From positions 2,654,562 through 2,718,561 of the forward strand of contig NW_003526948.1 in NCBI RefSeq assembly GCF_000181795.1: 64,000 bases of DNA, in the 5' to 3' direction. The notes under the pieces are model-generated. The model saw nothing but the letters and a program-made list of their open reading frames with translations. It searched no databases and was not told where the DNA came from. Shown in pieces: positions 60,701 through 64,000 of the stretch. How positions within the stretch are numbered: the first letter of the stretch is position 1; every line of letters begins with the position of its first letter. The translations under genes were made by a program, and so were the position numbers. Source of the stretch: Trichinella spiralis (taxonomy: Eukaryota).

Positions 60701-63012
60701 CAATATTGTTGGACAGTTTGAAACAATTTCCAATTCTCATTCGTCATGTTACAATAACACATACTTATTACAGTACTACTATACTCTGCTTTGATTCGTC
60801 CATTTATCGACCTATATTCTCTCTCTCTCTCTATCTTATTAAAAGAAAAAACTTTTTTATTTTTTGTTTCAAAACTAACTCAAGAATGTACTTCATCTTT
60901 ATGACGTCATTTAAAAATTTTAGTATGAAAATAATTTTCATTACGGTTATTTTTAGAAAATGCTATTCTCGTTGGTGCTTGTATTGGTGAAAGGCTTTTA
61001 TTGACATTGGAAAAACTAACCTTGTCTTTTTGCATCTGATCAATTCCGGCAGTAAGTTCAATGACTTCATGCTGCAAACGTTGTCGTTCTCTGTCGATTC
61101 TGAAAAAAACAACGACAATTTCCAAAATGCACACATTCATACACACACACACACACACATACACGTGAGTGGATAAGAGAAAATGTTTCGATTAATCATA
61201 ATAAATATAATAAAACTGAATTTCCATAATGAAATCATCCCATAATTTTCCACATATTATTAAGCAATAAATTCCAGTATGGTAATTGTTTAAATTTTTT
61301 TTTATTTTTAAATTTCTACAATTACTAAAAATTGTTCACGTTTACGTTTACATTTGCATGATGATGCTGTTAGAAATTTACAAAATTGTCAAGCAATAAT
61401 TAATAATTACTTGCTATTTTTCTTTTGAAGTTGTTCAATTTGCTGCTGATAATCTAAAAGGGATTCTTGGTGCTTCTTGCGCAGCTGGTTCAGCGAATCT
61501 TCGCTTTCCAATTGCGAATCTTCCAATATTTTTCTCAACTTTTGCAATTCGGATTCACGTTTTCGATTGGCGTCGATCTAATTTTCAATCTCGGTCAATG
61601 GGGATTTCAAAATTCAAGGGTAGGGTGGTGTGAAAATTTTTTCAAATTTTTCCCTCCTCTTACCTGGGCATCGGTGGTTCCTTCAGCCTCTTCCAATCGA
61701 TCGGTTAAGCTGATCAGTTGGCAGGACAAATCGGCACGTTCGCGTTCAATCTGACAAACAAAAAATTACTTTGAACATTTTCACCATCAAAAATACATTT
61801 CCAATGCCAATACTCGGTTTCGCAATTCTCTTTCCGTTTCCAAATCATCTTGAAGCAGGCGAATTTTATCCTAAACAATAAAACATCCATACATTATTCG
61901 CTTTCGCTTAATCACTTTTCAATGCTATTAGAAATAAATAAACAACTGAAAGCTTTCATCAATCTGCATTAGTTAGTACGAGAAAATGTTTATCTTTTAT
62001 TTTTATTATTACTTTACGATGAGAGTGTAAAGTAATAAAACTGCCTTTTTCAAGTATTTTTCTTAAGCAACATCCGGCAAAAAAATAAAAAGTTGAAAAT
62101 AAATATGTTCTAATGCTGCGTCATGCAGAACGTTGTCAATTTTTCTCAATGATGATGTCTGTTTGTTCCTGACTGACTCTTCCTCTTCTTCTTCTTCTTC
62201 GCTTTGTTATTTATGCTCAACATGCAGTATTAACGTTGTTGAATCAGTAAAAAAAAGATAATGATTTTCACATCTACTTTCAAATATGAATCATCGAGAA
62301 CATTTTTCATTAAGCTTTGCAAATGAAATTAATTGAAAGTTTCAATTTGAAGTTTGAACAATGTTGCGTGTCAATCAACAAATGGATTTATTTATTAAGC
62401 TAACATATTTTGGCAAGTTTAATTTTGCCCAAACTGCTTCTCTCTGTTCAAATCAACCTCATGACTCAAATTATATATATATATAAATATAAATATGTAG
62501 GTATACTGTTTTTTTCAAAATAATTCAAAAATTGCATAAAGTTGATAAAATTATTTTGTTGTTTTAAATATAGTGTAAATATATAATTTTCAATATTGTC
62601 AAAGCGAGCAACATGCTGACCAGTTGTTTATGAGCTTGTTTGCTTGCCATAGTTACGTAATGAAAAGTTGTGTGCATTGTTAGAAACTAAGTCCAGTTAT
62701 TTGATTAGCTGGAAAAAATGGAAACAAAGCTAAAAACGAAAACATACGCTAATGATTTAATTATTGGAAGCAATTATTTAATTTGTTTTAAATAAAAAGA
62801 ATAATTACTGGGATAAATTTGAAATTTTTTGACCGATGGAAAATAATTGAAAAAAGATGAATCACCTCGAGTCTGGTCAAAGAACCCAAGTCGGCAACGT
62901 TGAGGCTTGGCGCACCGTAACCTCCAAATCCGTAAGCATCGAATCCGCCACTTCGGCTGAGCATGCTTGCTGATCTCATCACTGACGCACTGGGACTGCG
63001 ATACAGAGACAT
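57720..63012 (-). CDS. unc-15: Paramyosin (multi-exon)
   Basis: [31 protein letters not shown] head, long coiled coil ([43 protein letters not shown]) and tail [21 protein letters not shown]. Confidence 0.98.
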
Positions 63013-63782
63013 GGTGCTGATGTAGTTTTTTCGATTGTCGAATGGAGAATCAATTTACAACAGATCCTGGCAGAAAAATGGAAAAATTGTAGAATTGTTG
63101 AACCGATGGAATAGATGGACCGAAACGCGAAGAAGAAAAGAGAAGACGCGGATACAAGCGACTTGCTTTGTCGAGCAAACCGAGGGTATGTGACTGGTGA
63201 AAGTGAAGCAGCGGCAACCGCAGCGGACGAATATAAACTGCCACGCCACCACTGCCGCCACCACCACCACCGTTGTTGCTGCTATCTATGATCGGAAATT
63301 TTTGCTTAGCCTGGCGGCAATGACAACAAGCTTGGCCGAGGCTAGTCGTTCTGGCGAGTGTGGCTTGCAGATGCGGAGGAATAAAAGTTTCCTCGAACGC
63401 GGAATGTGCAGCCTTGCGAAAATTGTTAGCCAACAACAAACGAGCAAACAACGCCGGAGTTGATTGAAACGGAGGAGGGGAGGGGGATGTAGGGGAAACT
63501 GGACGACGAATTTATATAAAGTTGAAGAAAGAAAAAGTAAAAACGTGATTCGTCTCTTGCCACCAACTGCTTGCTACTACTACTACTGCTGCTGCTGCTG
63601 CTGTTGCTGTTGCTGTTGCTATAGTTGGCCCCTGCTAGTTGGCCATCCTGAACGGCTGTTGTTACTATTGAATCACGCACATTCCGTTGCCGTTCGTGCG
63701 CATCCTCTTCTTCTACCTAGCAAGCAAGCAAGCAATATATATATATATAATATATATATATATATACCCACTATATGTGCTG

Positions 63783-63947
63783 CAGCTGCTGCTGCTTCTG
63801 CTTACGCTTCTACTTTTCTCTGTGCAACACTGCAATTTTACAAATGTTCGCAGCTGATTCCATCTGGCTAGCGTCAGAACGCTTCAATAGCTTCTTTCTT
63901 CAATTAAACTTCACTTTACTTTCAACAACGTTCCATTCGGGCAGCTG
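63783..63947. promoter_or_regulatory. Cluster of CAGCTG E-boxes upstream of paramyosin
   Basis: CAGCTG at 63783, 63851 and 63942, plus CAAATG and CATCTG at 63841 and 63861. This is the preferred HLH-1/MyoD site, upstream of a muscle gene. Confidence 0.4.
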
Positions 63948-64000
63948 CTGTTCGTTTACACCGTCGTCAGTTTGTTGGTTTCAACAACCGAAACATCCTA

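Noticed and set aside
58007..61754. Many long plus-strand and alternative-frame ORFs
   Set aside because: They are antisense or shadow frames of paramyosin coiled-coil exons.

Overview
AT-rich, intron-containing eukaryotic DNA, most likely a Trichinella-type nematode (judged from the paramyosin sequence and short GT..AG introns), with two 10-N scaffold gaps. Bases 1-6.6 kb are repeat and assembly debris: a 1.45-kb near-identical duplication, a hAT transposase remnant and a ~343-bp tandem repeat. Six recognisable spliced genes follow: a GRDP/DUF1399-like protein (+), junctophilin (-), G-protein alpha-s (-), TIM44 (+), a TMX3-like thioredoxin membrane protein (+) and paramyosin (-). Two items stand out and are not apparent from the ORF track. 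First, the long last intron of Galpha-s hides a diverged duplicate of the terminal exon ([19 protein letters not shown]) plus a phase-matched bridging exon, predicting a second Galpha-s isoform with a different receptor-coupling C-terminus. Second, a small two-exon orphan gene has a motif layout (HIWSKH..SYF..PIG..VTAYP) resembling bacterial polymorphic-toxin ribonuclease domains. All exon boundaries were read by eye and no database searches were run.
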